A stretch of 63,881 nt of DNA, filler included, from Mitosporidium daphniae (GCF_000760515.2; 3 parts of 3 records of this genome joined end to end with filler, not necessarily neighbours in it); one strand, 5' to 3'. Shown: positions 13,276-27,785, counted from the whole stretch's first letter. The notes: generated by a model from the sequence alone, not told the origin. Numbers and translations are program-made.

Positions 13276-15798
13276 ATGTTCAATGCCCCGGCATCCCGGG
13301 CTTTGCTTTATCCTCGCTTGGGCTTCGTTAGCCGTTTGCGTGCACAGCGGACGGCCTTTTATTCTAATTTTCCCATCAGCGACTTAAACGCGCCAAAAAG
13401 TCTGGACTTATCCAGATCCAAGGTCATCACATGTACAAATGGTCTGTTTCAAGATATCTACAGACTAATTCAGCCGACCAACTCCCCCTCCGTTTCAAGC
13501 GGCATTTTGTTTCTAAGCCCTTCGATTGTTCTAGATAGCCTAAAAAGCATCTTCAGCTTCGCTCCCGCAAAGGCAGGCATGGCCGATATAGATATTTATT
13601 GCCGACATTTTTTTAACGCAGCGCTGGTTCTCGCGCTATTGCATTTGGATCCAGATTGCAGGAGGACCTTTTTAAAAAAGCACACCGATTTGCTTGAATC
13701 TGTAAATCTGGCCAACCGGGGCCATGGCGGCGACAGCCGTCAAAAGGAAAATAGCCTTGTACCTGCAGACTTGAACCATCTAAACTCATATCAACTGATC
13801 TGCGACATTCTTAACAGCAATTTGAAGGAAACTCTTGTAAATGCCGTATCCTGCGGGCTATTTGCTGCCTCGGATGCGCCCATTACGATGTTTAGCACGC
13901 CCATTCTATTTTGGATTTTGTTTGGGCTGATCAAGTTTGGAGGCGCGCCATTTCATAAATATGCAACGCAGAGACTTTGTAACAACTTTACTCATGAATC
14001 TTCGTTTTTGGAATCGTCTTCGATGACCTTTATCCCGGATCTTTGGGATTTTCTGGTCCACAACCAAAAGGCAGCCATTCCAAATGACCTTTTGCTCGAG
14101 TTTTTCACATTCCTATCTAGCTTTCAGAACAAGGATGTGTATGTCAATTCAGGCATATTGCCCCTGGCAACTATCGTGCAATCTAATTACGATTGTATTT
14201 CCTTTTTCAGAAAAAGGGAACTATCCTCGTTTGATGTCTCGATTTTAGCACTTGAGCAATTGGTAAGATTTGAAAATTGGGACTCAATTCCGGCGTTCAT
14301 TGGGCGCATCAAGTCTTTCTACGATATAGCGCCAAATACTTACGTACGGCGTTCAGTTTCAACTGAACACAAAGTTTGCGAATGTCTCTTTTTATCGTTC
14401 CCAAAGCAATATCCAAAATCAAAACCCACCGTTTTGAATATCATAGAATCCAGAAGAGACATATTAACCTTGTACTGCTCCATGATGACCATTGCCACGT
14501 TGCCCCCGCTCATCAGGTTTCTTCTTTGCGAGAGATACGATCTTTTGGTCTTTAAGCAGCTTGTTGAGCGAATCGCTAGTGCAAAAATTCCGGGATGCAT
14601 GGAAGAAGACTTTAATCCGTGGCTTGAATGGGTTCTTTTATCTTCGGTTTCTGAAAATTTTCCGCCTGGCTCAATTATTAGGAAAACGGCGTTTTTGAAT
14701 CATTTCCACAAATTGTTAGCCCACTCGTTGTTCATGGCCACCAACACCAACGCTCTTGATACGAAGCTACCACTCTTGCCTTCTTATCTCGCAAGCATAG
14801 GGCCATGGATAAGCTTGGCGTCAAAGGGGCTTTTAGATAGGCTGAAAGTTTCCGATGTTCTTAATGCCATTCCAGCTATACTTTTTGACCATTCCGCTTC
14901 CCCTGAGCATGGTTCCACAAAAGTTATTTTGTATTCGCACGCCTCAGTGCAGTCAAATCGGGAAATGTTGTTTTTAATGTCCGTGGTTATTGCGATACTT
15001 GATTCTCATGATTTTCGGCGCGCTTCTCAACATCTTTCCTTGCTTGTAAATAGGATTTCACCGGATCCAAAATCTGTACACCTTCACTGTTCACCTTTAC
15101 ACGAAATACTTTCGGCGTGCGATGTATCTTTGGCGACATTGGTCTGCATTATTGAAACGGGCAGACTAACCGGCTTCAAAGATGTAGCCCCAGATGGCTG
15201 CATCAAGATCCCCTTTAGCTTTCTTTGTTTGGACCACTTGTATTGTAGCATTCTCAATCATTTGTCTTGCAATCAAAAGTGGCTTAAAGTGGTGAGCATT
15301 TTTAGGTGTCTCATGAGCATCTACTGTCATTCCGAAATATCATCTTTGCTTGCGTGTGGCGGCTTGCGGTCAAACCTCTTGGCGGCCTTTGTTGCGAGCA
15401 ACTCTTTTGATTTGATCGAGTATCTTTTCACATTCACCACTTTGGATGATGTTTGGAAAATATTCCCCCGCAGCCTGTTTAAATCGTTAAAGGCTAAAAT
15501 AGATTTTAGCTCGTTTCTGTCCGATGATATTGTTGTTACAAAGCATTTGACGATCAAAAGCCCTGCATATGCGTCAACAGACCACAATGCGCTTTTGGAT
15601 GCAATAAGAAACATCAAAAGCGATGGACCCATCATGATATACAATGTCCGAAATAAAGTCCTTCAGGATCACAGAATCTCGCCCTACCTTAGGAGGCGAT
15701 TGGAGATCCCACCGGTTTGGAGGGAGGTACGCAATCAATTTCTTCACAAATTCACCAGACCAGATTTTAAAAACCAAATAGACGACCTTTTTATTTAA
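13276..15798 (+). CDS. Hypothetical 840-aa protein, possibly mitochondrial
   Basis: Long intronless ORF; Arg/Ser/Leu-rich, acid-free N-terminus; Leu-rich body; no family recognised. Confidence 0.7.
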   Translation: MFNAPASRALLYPRLGFVSRLRAQRTAFYSNFPISDLNAPKSLDLSRSKVITCTNGLFQDIYRLIQPTNSPSVSSGILFLSPSIVLDSLKSIFSFAPAKAGMADIDIYCRHFFNAALVLALLHLDPDCRRTFLKKHTDLLESVNLANRGHGGDSRQKENSLVPADLNHLNSYQLICDILNSNLKETLVNAVSCGLFAASDAPITMFSTPILFWILFGLIKFGGAPFHKYATQRLCNNFTHESSFLESSSMTFIPDLWDFLVHNQKAAIPNDLLLEFFTFLSSFQNKDVYVNSGILPLATIVQSNYDCISFFRKRELSSFDVSILALEQLVRFENWDSIPAFIGRIKSFYDIAPNTYVRRSVSTEHKVCECLFLSFPKQYPKSKPTVLNIIESRRDILTLYCSMMTIATLPPLIRFLLCERYDLLVFKQLVERIASAKIPGCMEEDFNPWLEWVLLSSVSENFPPGSIIRKTAFLNHFHKLLAHSLFMATNTNALDTKLPLLPSYLASIGPWISLASKGLLDRLKVSDVLNAIPAILFDHSASPEHGSTKVILYSHASVQSNREMLFLMSVVIAILDSHDFRRASQHLSLLVNRISPDPKSVHLHCSPLHEILSACDVSLATLVCIIETGRLTGFKDVAPDGCIKIPFSFLCLDHLYCSILNHLSCNQKWLKVVSIFRCLMSIYCHSEISSLLACGGLRSNLLAAFVASNSFDLIEYLFTFTTLDDVWKIFPRSLFKSLKAKIDFSSFLSDDIVVTKHLTIKSPAYASTDHNALLDAIRNIKSDGPIMIYNVRNKVLQDHRISPYLRRRLEIPPVWREVRNQFLHKFTRPDFKNQIDDLFI

Positions 15799-15821
15799 TA
15801 AACATTTTGTACTTTGTTGTA

Positions 15822-16925
15822 ATGAATGTGATAATTCCGTCTCGGATGTTTTCCTCGTCATTGGGCAGGTGGCCTGCGCATCTGTATCGAAGGCCGGACA
15901 TGCACTTTTATAATTTAAATCTTTATTCTTCCTCTCGCTCGACACCGCCCAATTCCGATCCGCCTGCCCCCACTACTCCGATCAAGCCATCTGTGTGGAC
16001 ACGAATTAAAAGCGAAGTGGAGCATTATAAGCAAGGATCTGTAAAATTCGGCAAAGAAACCAAATCTTCGTTTAAGCTGCTGTTCCGTGTGTACAAGGCT
16101 GGGACAATTGATTCGCTAACCCGTCGTGAAAGGATCCAACTGGCCAGAACCGGAGCAGATATGCTTCGCTTGGTTCCGTTTTCCATTTTTGTAATAGTCC
16201 CTCTGCTCGAATTTTTGCTTCCATTTTTTATTAAGGTATTTCCCAACATGCTCCCGTCAACATTTGAGAATCAAGAGGCCCGAAAAACGCGTCTTGAAAC
16301 CATTTCAAGGGCAAGAAAAGCGGCGCATGACGCTCTTCATTTGGTTCTTCTGGAGGTTTCTACCTCGGACAAGCAGCCTAACATTCCCGCCAAAAAGCTG
16401 GCCGAGATCCTTCAAGAGTCTAATATCAATGCCTCAACTCAGCCGCTAAAAGAAAGAATGGCTGAACTCACTTCTTTGCTAAAATCCAATCAAATTTCGC
16501 AATACGGATTTACCCCAGAGTCGATATCCGGCCAACATTTGCACGCAATATGCTCACTGCTAGGCTTGGGCCCGATTCGGGCAGATAAGCCTCGGCCACT
16601 GCCACTGGCCAAAATTACAAATTCAAAGTTGGTTTTTCTTGGTACCGATGCGTTAAGACGATACCAATTGAGAAATCATTTAAAGGAAGTCAAAAAAGAC
16701 GACAAACTCATTTCAGCAGAGGGAGTGGACTCGCTTCTGCCTGCAGAGCTTGTCCACGCTTGTCACATGAGGGGTATTCCTACATTCAACCAGGATCCGT
16801 CAAAGACGGAGGAAGAGCATTCGAATACGCTCAAGGCCGATTTGCAGCAATGGCTAGATCTCACGGGGCACTATGGATTTCCGATGATTTTGGTTATCCT
16901 GAGCAATGCACTGCTGAAAAAGTAA
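15822..16925 (+). CDS. MDM38: LETM1/Mdm38 mitochondrial inner-membrane protein
   Basis: LTRRERIQL..DMLRLVPF..FLLP..FPNMLPSTF; GTDALRRYQL; DDKLI..EGV; ACHMRG. Start may be 15822 or 15846. Confidence 0.92.
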   Translation: MNVIIPSRMFSSSLGRWPAHLYRRPDMHFYNLNLYSSSRSTPPNSDPPAPTTPIKPSVWTRIKSEVEHYKQGSVKFGKETKSSFKLLFRVYKAGTIDSLTRRERIQLARTGADMLRLVPFSIFVIVPLLEFLLPFFIKVFPNMLPSTFENQEARKTRLETISRARKAAHDALHLVLLEVSTSDKQPNIPAKKLAEILQESNINASTQPLKERMAELTSLLKSNQISQYGFTPESISGQHLHAICSLLGLGPIRADKPRPLPLAKITNSKLVFLGTDALRRYQLRNHLKEVKKDDKLISAEGVDSLLPAELVHACHMRGIPTFNQDPSKTEEEHSNTLKADLQQWLDLTGHYGFPMILVILSNALLKK

Positions 16926-17004
16926 ATTTTGACCGCCACCACACCGGCTCCTGTCGTTAATTTAAAATACAATTTATTAATTAGATACGAATTAAGGAAT
17001 CGGA

Positions 17005-18981
17005 TTATTTCTTTTCTTCACCATTGACATCCTTGAATTCAGCATCGGAAGCAGAGCCAGATGGCTCTGAGGAGGAGGAGGAGGATTGATTAGCATTCAT
17101 CTTTTTTTGATATGCCATCTGGAACAAGTTAAGTGAGGCTTGCTGCATTTCCTTGACCTTGTTTTGAATCGGTTCTGCAGCGGTATCTGGATTTTCCATC
17201 AGGCTTCGAAGTTCCGAAATAATTCCCTTGATACGATCGGCCTCTTCTTTTGGGATCTGAGCCGAATATTCGGTCATGGATTTCTCAATCTCAGTGATGG
17301 CAGAATCGGCGCTGTTTTTCGCTTCAATAACCTCCTTGCGAGCACGGTCGGATTCGGCATTGCGTTCAGCCTCGGAGATCATTCTTTCGATTTCGTCCTT
17401 GTTGAGACCAGACGAGGCAACAATCGTAATTGACTGGTCGCGGTTTGAGGCCTTATCTTTTGCAGAGACATTGACAATTCCATCAGCATCGATATCAAAG
17501 GTAACCTCAACTTGAGGAGTTCCTCTTGGGGCCGGTGGGATTCCACCTAAAACAAAATTTCCAAGAAGCTTGTTGTCCTTCACCAGCTCACGTTCACCTT
17601 GATACACGCTGATTTGAACCTGTGTTTGGCCATCCGCAGCGGTAGAAAAAACTTGCGATTTTTTGGTTGGAATCGTAGTGTTGCGACTGATAAGACGAGT
17701 AAAAACACCTCCAAGGGTCTCAATGCCCAACGAAAGCGGGGTAACATCCAACAAAAGAATGTCCGTGACATCACCTGCAAGCACACCACCTTGAATAGAA
17801 GCTCCGATGGCAACCGCTTCATCGGGATTGACACCTTTTGATGGCTCTTTTCCAAAAATCTGAGAAACAATTGACTGGACTTTTGGAACACGCGTCATGC
17901 CGCCGACAAGAATAACCTCATCAATGTCTTTAACAGCCACATTGGCATCTTTGATTGCCTTTTTGCACGGCTCAATGGTACGATCCATCAAAACTTGCGT
18001 TAAAGACTCAAACTTGGCTCTGGTAAGCTTGTAATTATAGTGCTTCGGTCCAGATGCATCGGCATACAAATAGGGCAAATTGATTTCGGTTTGCAGTGAA
18101 GAGGAAAGCTCAATCTTGGCATTTTCTGCAGCTTGGCGGATACGTTGAAGAGCACTTTTGTCAGAGGAAATGTTAACGCCAGATTGGCTTTTAAAGTCGG
18201 ACACAATGAAGCTCACCAAGTTATTGTCGAAATCTTCACCACCAAGATGGGTATCTCCATTGGTAGACTTTACCTCGAAAACGCCATTTTGTATTTCCAG
18301 AATGGAAATGTCAAAGGTACCGCCTCCAAGGTCATAAACAGCTATGGTGCGGTCGCCAGTTTTGTCAAGACCATACGCAAGAGCTGCGGCCGTAGGCTCA
18401 TTGATAACACGAAGGACATCCAACCCAGCAATAGTACCTGCATCTTTTGTGGCCTGGCGCTGGGCATCATTGAAATATGCAGGCACAGTCACAACGGCAT
18501 TCTTTATGGGCTTTCCCATGTATTGTTCTGCAGTTTCCTTCATCTTTCCCAAAATATAAGCTGCAAGCTGAGAGGGCGAATATGACTTTCCACGAGCTGA
18601 AATCCAGGCATCGCCGTTCGAGTGCTTGGTGATTTTGTAGGGCAAGTGCTTGATATCTTGCTGGACAACTTGGTCGTCAAATCTTCTTCCAATCAGCCGT
18701 TTTGAAGAAAAAACGGTTCCCTCCGAGTTTGCAACCGCTTGACGTTTAGCAGGAGCTCCGACGATCACTTCACCGCTTTCTGTAAACGCAACAAACGATG
18801 GCGTTGTTCGCTGTCCCTCCGAGTTTTCAATTACTCTTGGGGTTTTGCCCTCCATGACGGAAACGCAAGAATTTGTGGTCCCAAGATCAATTCCAATTAC
18901 TGGCCCTTTTGACCTGGTGCTGAACAGGCGAAAGCAAGAGGCAGATGAAATCAAAGGCGAATGTGTAAGGCGTGAAAGCAT
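17005..18981 (-). CDS. SSC1: Mitochondrial Hsp70
   Basis: [27 protein letters not shown], and the mitochondrial/proteobacterial GDAW and YSPSQ signatures; presequence; intronless. Confidence 0.97.
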   Translation of the reverse strand: MLSRLTHSPLISSASCFRLFSTRSKGPVIGIDLGTTNSCVSVMEGKTPRVIENSEGQRTTPSFVAFTESGEVIVGAPAKRQAVANSEGTVFSSKRLIGRRFDDQVVQQDIKHLPYKITKHSNGDAWISARGKSYSPSQLAAYILGKMKETAEQYMGKPIKNAVVTVPAYFNDAQRQATKDAGTIAGLDVLRVINEPTAAALAYGLDKTGDRTIAVYDLGGGTFDISILEIQNGVFEVKSTNGDTHLGGEDFDNNLVSFIVSDFKSQSGVNISSDKSALQRIRQAAENAKIELSSSLQTEINLPYLYADASGPKHYNYKLTRAKFESLTQVLMDRTIEPCKKAIKDANVAVKDIDEVILVGGMTRVPKVQSIVSQIFGKEPSKGVNPDEAVAIGASIQGGVLAGDVTDILLLDVTPLSLGIETLGGVFTRLISRNTTIPTKKSQVFSTAADGQTQVQISVYQGERELVKDNKLLGNFVLGGIPPAPRGTPQVEVTFDIDADGIVNVSAKDKASNRDQSITIVASSGLNKDEIERMISEAERNAESDRARKEVIEAKNSADSAITEIEKSMTEYSAQIPKEEADRIKGIISELRSLMENPDTAAEPIQNKVKEMQQASLNLFQMAYQKKMNANQSSSSSSEPSGSASDAEFKDVNGEEKK

Positions 18982-19085
18982 AAAATTTACAGTTTCAATG
19001 AAAGAATTTATTTATTTTAGAAAATTCTAGAAAGATTCGGGTTGTAAATTTTATTAAATTACCGTCAAAAAATTTAATTGTAGTC

Positions 19086-20124
19086 ATGATGATGGACCTG
19101 GAGTCGCTGCTCCGCGGAGCGTCCTCGGCGCCGGGCGTGGATATTCCAATGGTCGATGCAGCAGAGACTATACAAATCTCATCTTTGGCCTTGATCAAAG
19201 TATGCATTTTTTCACTATCATTCAAGATGCTCAAGCATGGTCGTGCCGGAGTGCCAATGGAAGTGATGGGGTTGATGTTGGGGGATTTCGTTGATGACTA
19301 CACCATACGAGTTGTCGATGTATTTGCAATGCCACAGTCAGGCACCGGTGTCAGTGTAGAGGCCGTTGATCCTGTCTTTCAAATGAAAATGCTTGATATG
19401 CTCAAGCAAACTGGCCGTCCAGAAATGGTTGTCGGGTGGTATCATTCTCACCCGGGTTTTGGCTGCTGGCTTTCAGGCGTTGACATTGGCACCCAACAGG
19501 TATGCACCCATTTTGGATCTTATTGCTGCAGAGCTTTGAGTCTCTTAACAAGCGGGCAGTGGCCGTTGTTATTGACCCGATACAATCTGTCAAAGGAAAG
19601 GTGGTCATTGACGCTTTTCGATTGATTCAACCTCAAACTATCTCGATGGGCCAAGAGCCAAGACAAATTTCGTCTAACATTGGGCAGCTTCAAAAGCCGT
19701 CAATCCAGGTTCGGCATTTTGTGCTTATTTTAGGCCTTAATGCATGGACTGAACCGCCATTATTATTCGATTTCCATTGATTATCGAAAAAATGAGCTTG
19801 AACAAAAAATGCTGCTCAATCTGCACAAGACATGTTGGACGGACGGCTTTCAGTTGGATATGCCGGCAGATCACCAATGTTCCAACTCCACGGCCTCCAA
19901 GGTAATTGAGAGCTTGTGTTTACGATTAGAAACTTTTGGCCCTTTCTGAAAGCTATAGCAAAAGTATCGAAGAGGAACTGACTATGACCCCAGAGCAGTT
20001 GAAGCTCAGGCACATCGGAAAAAAGGATCCAAAACGACACTTGGAGGAATTGTCTGATTCCATTCTTTCTTCAAATTTGGGCGAGGAGCTTCTAACCCAT
20101 ATGAACAGAAAAGTGCTTGTGTAA
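19086..20124 (+). CDS. RPN11: 26S proteasome lid deubiquitinase Rpn11
   Basis: [15 protein letters not shown] and JAMM motif [16 protein letters not shown]; four mini-introns. Confidence 0.97.
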
Positions 20125-20211
20125 AAACGGCCAATCCCCTCATGTATTATGGCCATCATAAAAATAATAAATAAACCATCTTCATGCTCATTAGTTTATT
20201 GAAATTAGCGC

Positions 20212-20412
20212 TTATACGACAGCAAGGCACTTGGCATTTCCCTTTCTTACAAACTTTTGGTTTTTGATGAATTTGGGGTCAACCTAAGGTTACTATTAAA
20301 TGCTTCTTACGCCACGAGTACTTTGAAAGCGATGACGAAGAATCTTTTTTATTCCATTACGATGGGCTTTCTTATTCTGATTGTGATTTGTGTGGTTTTT
20401 TGACTTGGCCAT
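20212..20412 (-). CDS. RPL29: 60S ribosomal protein eL29
   Basis: [23 protein letters not shown]...[15 protein letters not shown]; one 27-nt coding intron, plus a probable 5'UTR intron at 20415-20519. Confidence 0.95.
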
Positions 20413-20569
20413 ATCTAATAAAAAAATAAGAGCCGCTTTTGGAAATACAAAGGCTTCATTAAAACGTCGTTCCAATGATGGATGAAAGGGGAAAACAAAC
20501 ACAAGAGTCAAGAACCAACCTTCTTATAATGTTTAAATTAATTTCCTCTAATTTAAAATTTAAAATCCC

Positions 20570-21332
20570 ATGTCTCTGACAATTAGCGTTAATCAGGTTC
20601 CTTCTTTAATTTTACTCTAGAAGGGGAATCCCATCCTTAAATACCTTGTCAACATACCCTATACGTTTTCAGATATATCTTCGGACTACACAATTGGCGA
20701 CAAAAGTTGTATCCTGTATTTAAGGTAGCGAATTGACGAGCCCATTTCCTTATTAAGCTTAAAATTCCATGCTTTGTATCCGGATTATATCCACTCAAGA
20801 TTCAAGGAAAACGGCGGCCTCAATTTTACATCGAGATACCTTTTGTGCTGCGTTGATGTGGTATTATGGTGGGCTCTCACTTTATCTAAGGATGATCCCA
20901 AATTTTCAATTGTTGAATTAACAGAATTCTGTGTGGTCCAAGATTGGACGATTATCCTGGCATGGAGGTTTGTTTCTTGAATTTGTCAATTCATATTTAA
21001 AGTCATCAGGAGTGTGCACGCTACATTGAGACTTTTAAACGATATCAGCATAAATCCGCGGATCGGATTAAAGAAAAGGTCAAAACCGACAACCTTTCTA
21101 GGGCAATGCAATTTCTCACCAGAATCAAGGGCATCAACAACACAGATGCTATGAACCTAATTACTCATTTTGGCTCTATTAATGGAATTGCAAAGGCTAC
21201 TCGCGAAGAGCTCCTTCAAATTCCAGGCTTCGGGCTGAAAAAGGTTAGCACCATCTTAGCGGATGTTATTGATAGATTAATTATCTATTCGAAACATTAG
21301 ATTTTCCATTTTCAATGCTGTTGAAAAAGTAA
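20570..21332 (+). CDS. RAD10: ERCC1/Rad10 nucleotide excision repair subunit
   Basis: Q|KGNPIL, YL|SLKFHALYPDYI, LAW|SHQECARYIETFK, and C-terminal HhH pair (IPGFGLKK); five mini-introns. Confidence 0.93.
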
Positions 21333-21360
21333 AGATATCGCGGCATTCCTTTTCTGGACA

Positions 21361-24490
<3,130 letters not shown>

Positions 24491-24559
24491 AGCGGTCGAT
24501 AATTATTTGTAATTTTGGGGGTCAACTTAATAAATTTTATCTTTGCCGGTCGCGCTGCA

Positions 24560-25786
24560 ATGGAAAACTCTCATTCTGAAGAAATTGCCTCCTTATTTTC
24601 GAGCAAAGAATTTTTATATCCAATCTGGTATTTTCAGCTCACAAAAGGGTTCAACATCCTCCTGCATGGTTATGGGTCCAAAAGAGTATTGCTCAAAAAG
24701 TTTTGCGAAAGCCCTATTGTCTTGAAAGCATATAGGGTCTTCTACATTGACGGGTGCAACCAATCTCTCACGCTAGATTCAATTCTTCACAAGTTGCATC
24801 AGGAGTACATTGCCCATTTTGATGGCTCTTATAAAGCCTTTAAAAGGCTAACTTCTATCCAAGAAAAATGTAAATACATCATATCTACGCTTAGCCAGCT
24901 GATGAAACAAAGCAATGACCCTTCTTTTAGCTTTATCGATGAAAGACCGACGCCCATTTTGTTTGCCATATCAAACATTGATGGTTCTGGCTTTACCTCG
25001 CCCATTCGAGCAGCGGAATTAAAAAGCTTTCTATATTGTGCACTTGGACAAATTGAGCAGTTTAGGTTTGTTGCAACTACAGACCACATCAACGGCCCGC
25101 TTTTGGTAGATCCAACGTACATTTCATGCGCAAGATTGCTGTTTTATGACGTTACCACGTTTCTAAACTACCAGGAGGAAATCAAAAGCTGCGACTTTTC
25201 TCTATATAGGGGCAAAAAAATCCTGGATGGGAACCAACAAAGCCATTTAAGTGTGATCACGGTATTGAACAATCTCTCAAGCAATGCCAGAAAGATCTAT
25301 GCCCTGTTTCTTCATGTTCAATACAAATGGGCCTGCATTAACGATGAAAACATGGCCTTTAAAATTAATTGTAACGCCAACACCACACCGCCATCCAAGA
25401 CTTGCTCCAAAAGTAGGCCAGCGGTTGATGCGACGCTTTCTTGTAAAATCAATTCGTTTTCGCTGAAAAATCTTGAAAATTCACCCTCTGTAAACCGGCT
25501 TGCGTTGAAACTGGTATCATCGTCGCCAGCACCGCTTGCTGCTTCTTCAGCCGGCCAGGTCCCTGATTACTTGCAGTTTCCTGGGATTTCGTTTTCAGTA
25601 TTTTTCAACTTATCGCTGGAAAACTTTTTGGTCGCCAACGATGTATCTTTCAAAGCGATTATCCACGAGTTTTTGGATCATAACATTCTATGTTGTAAAA
25701 AATCGGACGAAGGCGAGGATGTATATCACATTCCATTTAAGATGGGCATTTTGATTTTGATTTCTAAAGACTTGAAAATTAATTAA
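24560..25786 (+). CDS. ORC2: Origin recognition complex subunit 2
   Basis: WYFQLTKGFNILLHGYGSK, ISNIDG, ATTDHING, YDVTTF, EFLDH; intronless and N-terminally compact. Confidence 0.93.
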   Translation: MENSHSEEIASLFSSKEFLYPIWYFQLTKGFNILLHGYGSKRVLLKKFCESPIVLKAYRVFYIDGCNQSLTLDSILHKLHQEYIAHFDGSYKAFKRLTSIQEKCKYIISTLSQLMKQSNDPSFSFIDERPTPILFAISNIDGSGFTSPIRAAELKSFLYCALGQIEQFRFVATTDHINGPLLVDPTYISCARLLFYDVTTFLNYQEEIKSCDFSLYRGKKILDGNQQSHLSVITVLNNLSSNARKIYALFLHVQYKWACINDENMAFKINCNANTTPPSKTCSKSRPAVDATLSCKINSFSLKNLENSPSVNRLALKLVSSSPAPLAASSAGQVPDYLQFPGISFSVFFNLSLENFLVANDVSFKAIIHEFLDHNILCCKKSDEGEDVYHIPFKMGILILISKDLKIN

Positions 25787-25899
25787 CTTTTTGTAATAAA
25801 TGAGGAGGGCAAAGACAAATTCCTTTATCGCGTGAAGAAAATTAACATAAAAGAATCGCATTTCTACAGCCTTTTTGGCCCGCTTGATATTTCTGTGAC

Positions 25900-26230
25900 A
25901 ATGCAGGTGGTGGGACGCAGTGCATGTGACCTTTAACCGTGGGTTCAAAGCCCATCATTAAACCACACCTCTCGACAACATTCAGGGAAATTCAATCTTC
26001 AAATGCACAGTGGGAGACTTTTATCGATCCCCAAAATCGTAGACATTATGGACAAAGGCCGATTTGGGCCGCTAACGCAATCAGAACAGGCTTTCCGGCC
26101 TCCAACCCCAAGCGGCACATAAAGAAGCCGAGACATTCCAAACTATTTCCATCGATGCGATTGGCTGTGGTTTAATTGATGCTAGGGCTAGGTGTCCGCT
26201 ATGCTGCACCCTGACCCCCACGACGTATCT
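25900..26230. ncRNA. Candidate structured ncRNA of unknown family
   Basis: ORF-poor intergenic segment with nested inverted repeats, including a perfect 11-bp pair (25957-25967 with 26166-26176). No diagnostic family motif confirmed. Confidence 0.35.
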
Positions 26231-26426
26231 AAACTATAAACTTTGATGGTCAAATAGGAAATCCTTAATTTGATAATGCTGTTTTTAAACCCAGCACCAT
26301 TAATTTTTGTAAACGTTGGTCAGCACATTAATATCTACGTAGGCACACTGATCTTTAAATTTGAAAAGCAAACTGATGTGGTTATTTACATTGTTTTGAA
26401 AAATTATATTTTGGTTTCCCTCAGTA

Positions 26427-27633
26427 ATGGATCCTCTTATCGTTTCCTATACCGCCATCATAACGATGGCCGTACTTCCAATAGTCATCGGATCTTATAG
26501 ATCAATTCCTAGTTCCAAAAAGAAGAAGGAAACAGAGATCATGTCTTCGAGGGATGCATGGCTTGCGCCTTTGGTCGGATCTGCGGTTTTGGTTTTGCTC
26601 TATGTGCTTGTTAAATACGTCTCAAAGGAAATGATCAATATATTCATTACTGGATATGTCACTTTTTTTGGAAGTGTATGCATTGTTCAATTGATCACCC
26701 CTGAACTACGCTCTCTTATTCAGCGATTGCTAAACATCAAGCCCGAAGAGCCCGCTGACAGCCCCCAAGAGCCCATCAGCTCGAATTTTAGCACGGCTGA
26801 AAGTGCATCTAATGCTGAGAACAGTAGAGCCGCCTCTTCAGAAGATCAAAGTAAAGCTACCCCCCCTGCCTCATCTCCTCACTGTGACACCATTTCGGTT
26901 TTGTGCCCAATTTCACTCAAATTGAAAATCCGCAAGAAAGTGTTTTTTTCCCTGTCTTTTGATATTCTCGATATTTTATCTGTAATTCTAGTGTCCGCAT
27001 TTGCTGCATATTATGTCATCTATAAAAACTGGATTGCATCCAATGTCTATGGCGAGGCTATTTGCTTTGGCGCCATTTCATTGATCCATTTGGATTCTTT
27101 CATCACCGGTTCTGTGCTTCTTTCGGGATTATTTCTTTATGATATTTTTTGGGTTTTCGGAACCGATGTAATGGTTACCGTTGCGCAGTCTTTTGATGCC
27201 CCTTTACTTCTTCGCTTTCCTCGCAATATTTTCGCCTCCTCAAGTCAATGGACTATGTTGGGACTTGGTGATATCGTCGTTCCTGGTACCATTTGACCTT
27301 GAATTTATTTTAGGAATCTTCATTTCCCTTTGCCTGCGTTACGATCACGAAAAGGCTGGAAAACCAGAGTCCCATGATTTTGCGAAACCATACTTTAACA
27401 CTTGCCTTGTAGCCTACGTTTTGGGATTGATTACAACAATCGTTGTTATGCATACTTTCAAAGCAGCCCAGCCAGCTCTATTGTATTTGTCTCCTGCCTG
27501 TGTTTTATCAGTTATTTTTGTCGCTATTTTCAAGGGCGACCTGAAAAATATCATCAGCTACACCTCTGGTCCCAACGAGGAGAAGAAAGCCAAGCTCGTG
27601 GAAGAGCAGCCCCCAGCCCCCAATAACTCTTGA
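26427..27633 (+). CDS. Signal peptide peptidase (presenilin-like aspartyl protease, HM13/SPP)
   Basis: LYDIFWVFGT, LGLGDIVVPG, QPALLYL; multiple TM helices; one intron at about 27286-27313. Confidence 0.95.
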
Positions 27634-27785
27634 TAAATGAGTTAAATTTTAATTTGCACCAAAACACCAATTCCACACGCCATAACTAATTTTAATCCCC
27701 GAGTCTGATTGGACGATTTGGAATTTGATATTTGGTTCGTCAAATGATAACTTTGTAACCAGAAAAAGTAGATTCTTTTTCCACT

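Noticed and set aside
17140..18585. Antisense ORFs inside SSC1 (likewise those within MDN1, CCR4 and the DDX60-like gene)
   Set aside because: Shadow frames of the real CDS with no independent motifs.
25855..25900. U2 snRNA-like start ATCGCATTTCT..GCCTTTTTGGC
   Set aside because: Lacks the invariant AAGATCAAGTGTAGTA branch-pairing region.
25939..25955. tRNA T-arm-like GTGGGTTCAAAGCCCAT
   Set aside because: No matching acceptor stem, D arm or anticodon arm upstream.
26261..26310. U4-like pieces (ATCCTTA, TGCTG, Sm-like site)
   Set aside because: Spacing is too short for stem II plus the 5' kink-turn stem-loop.
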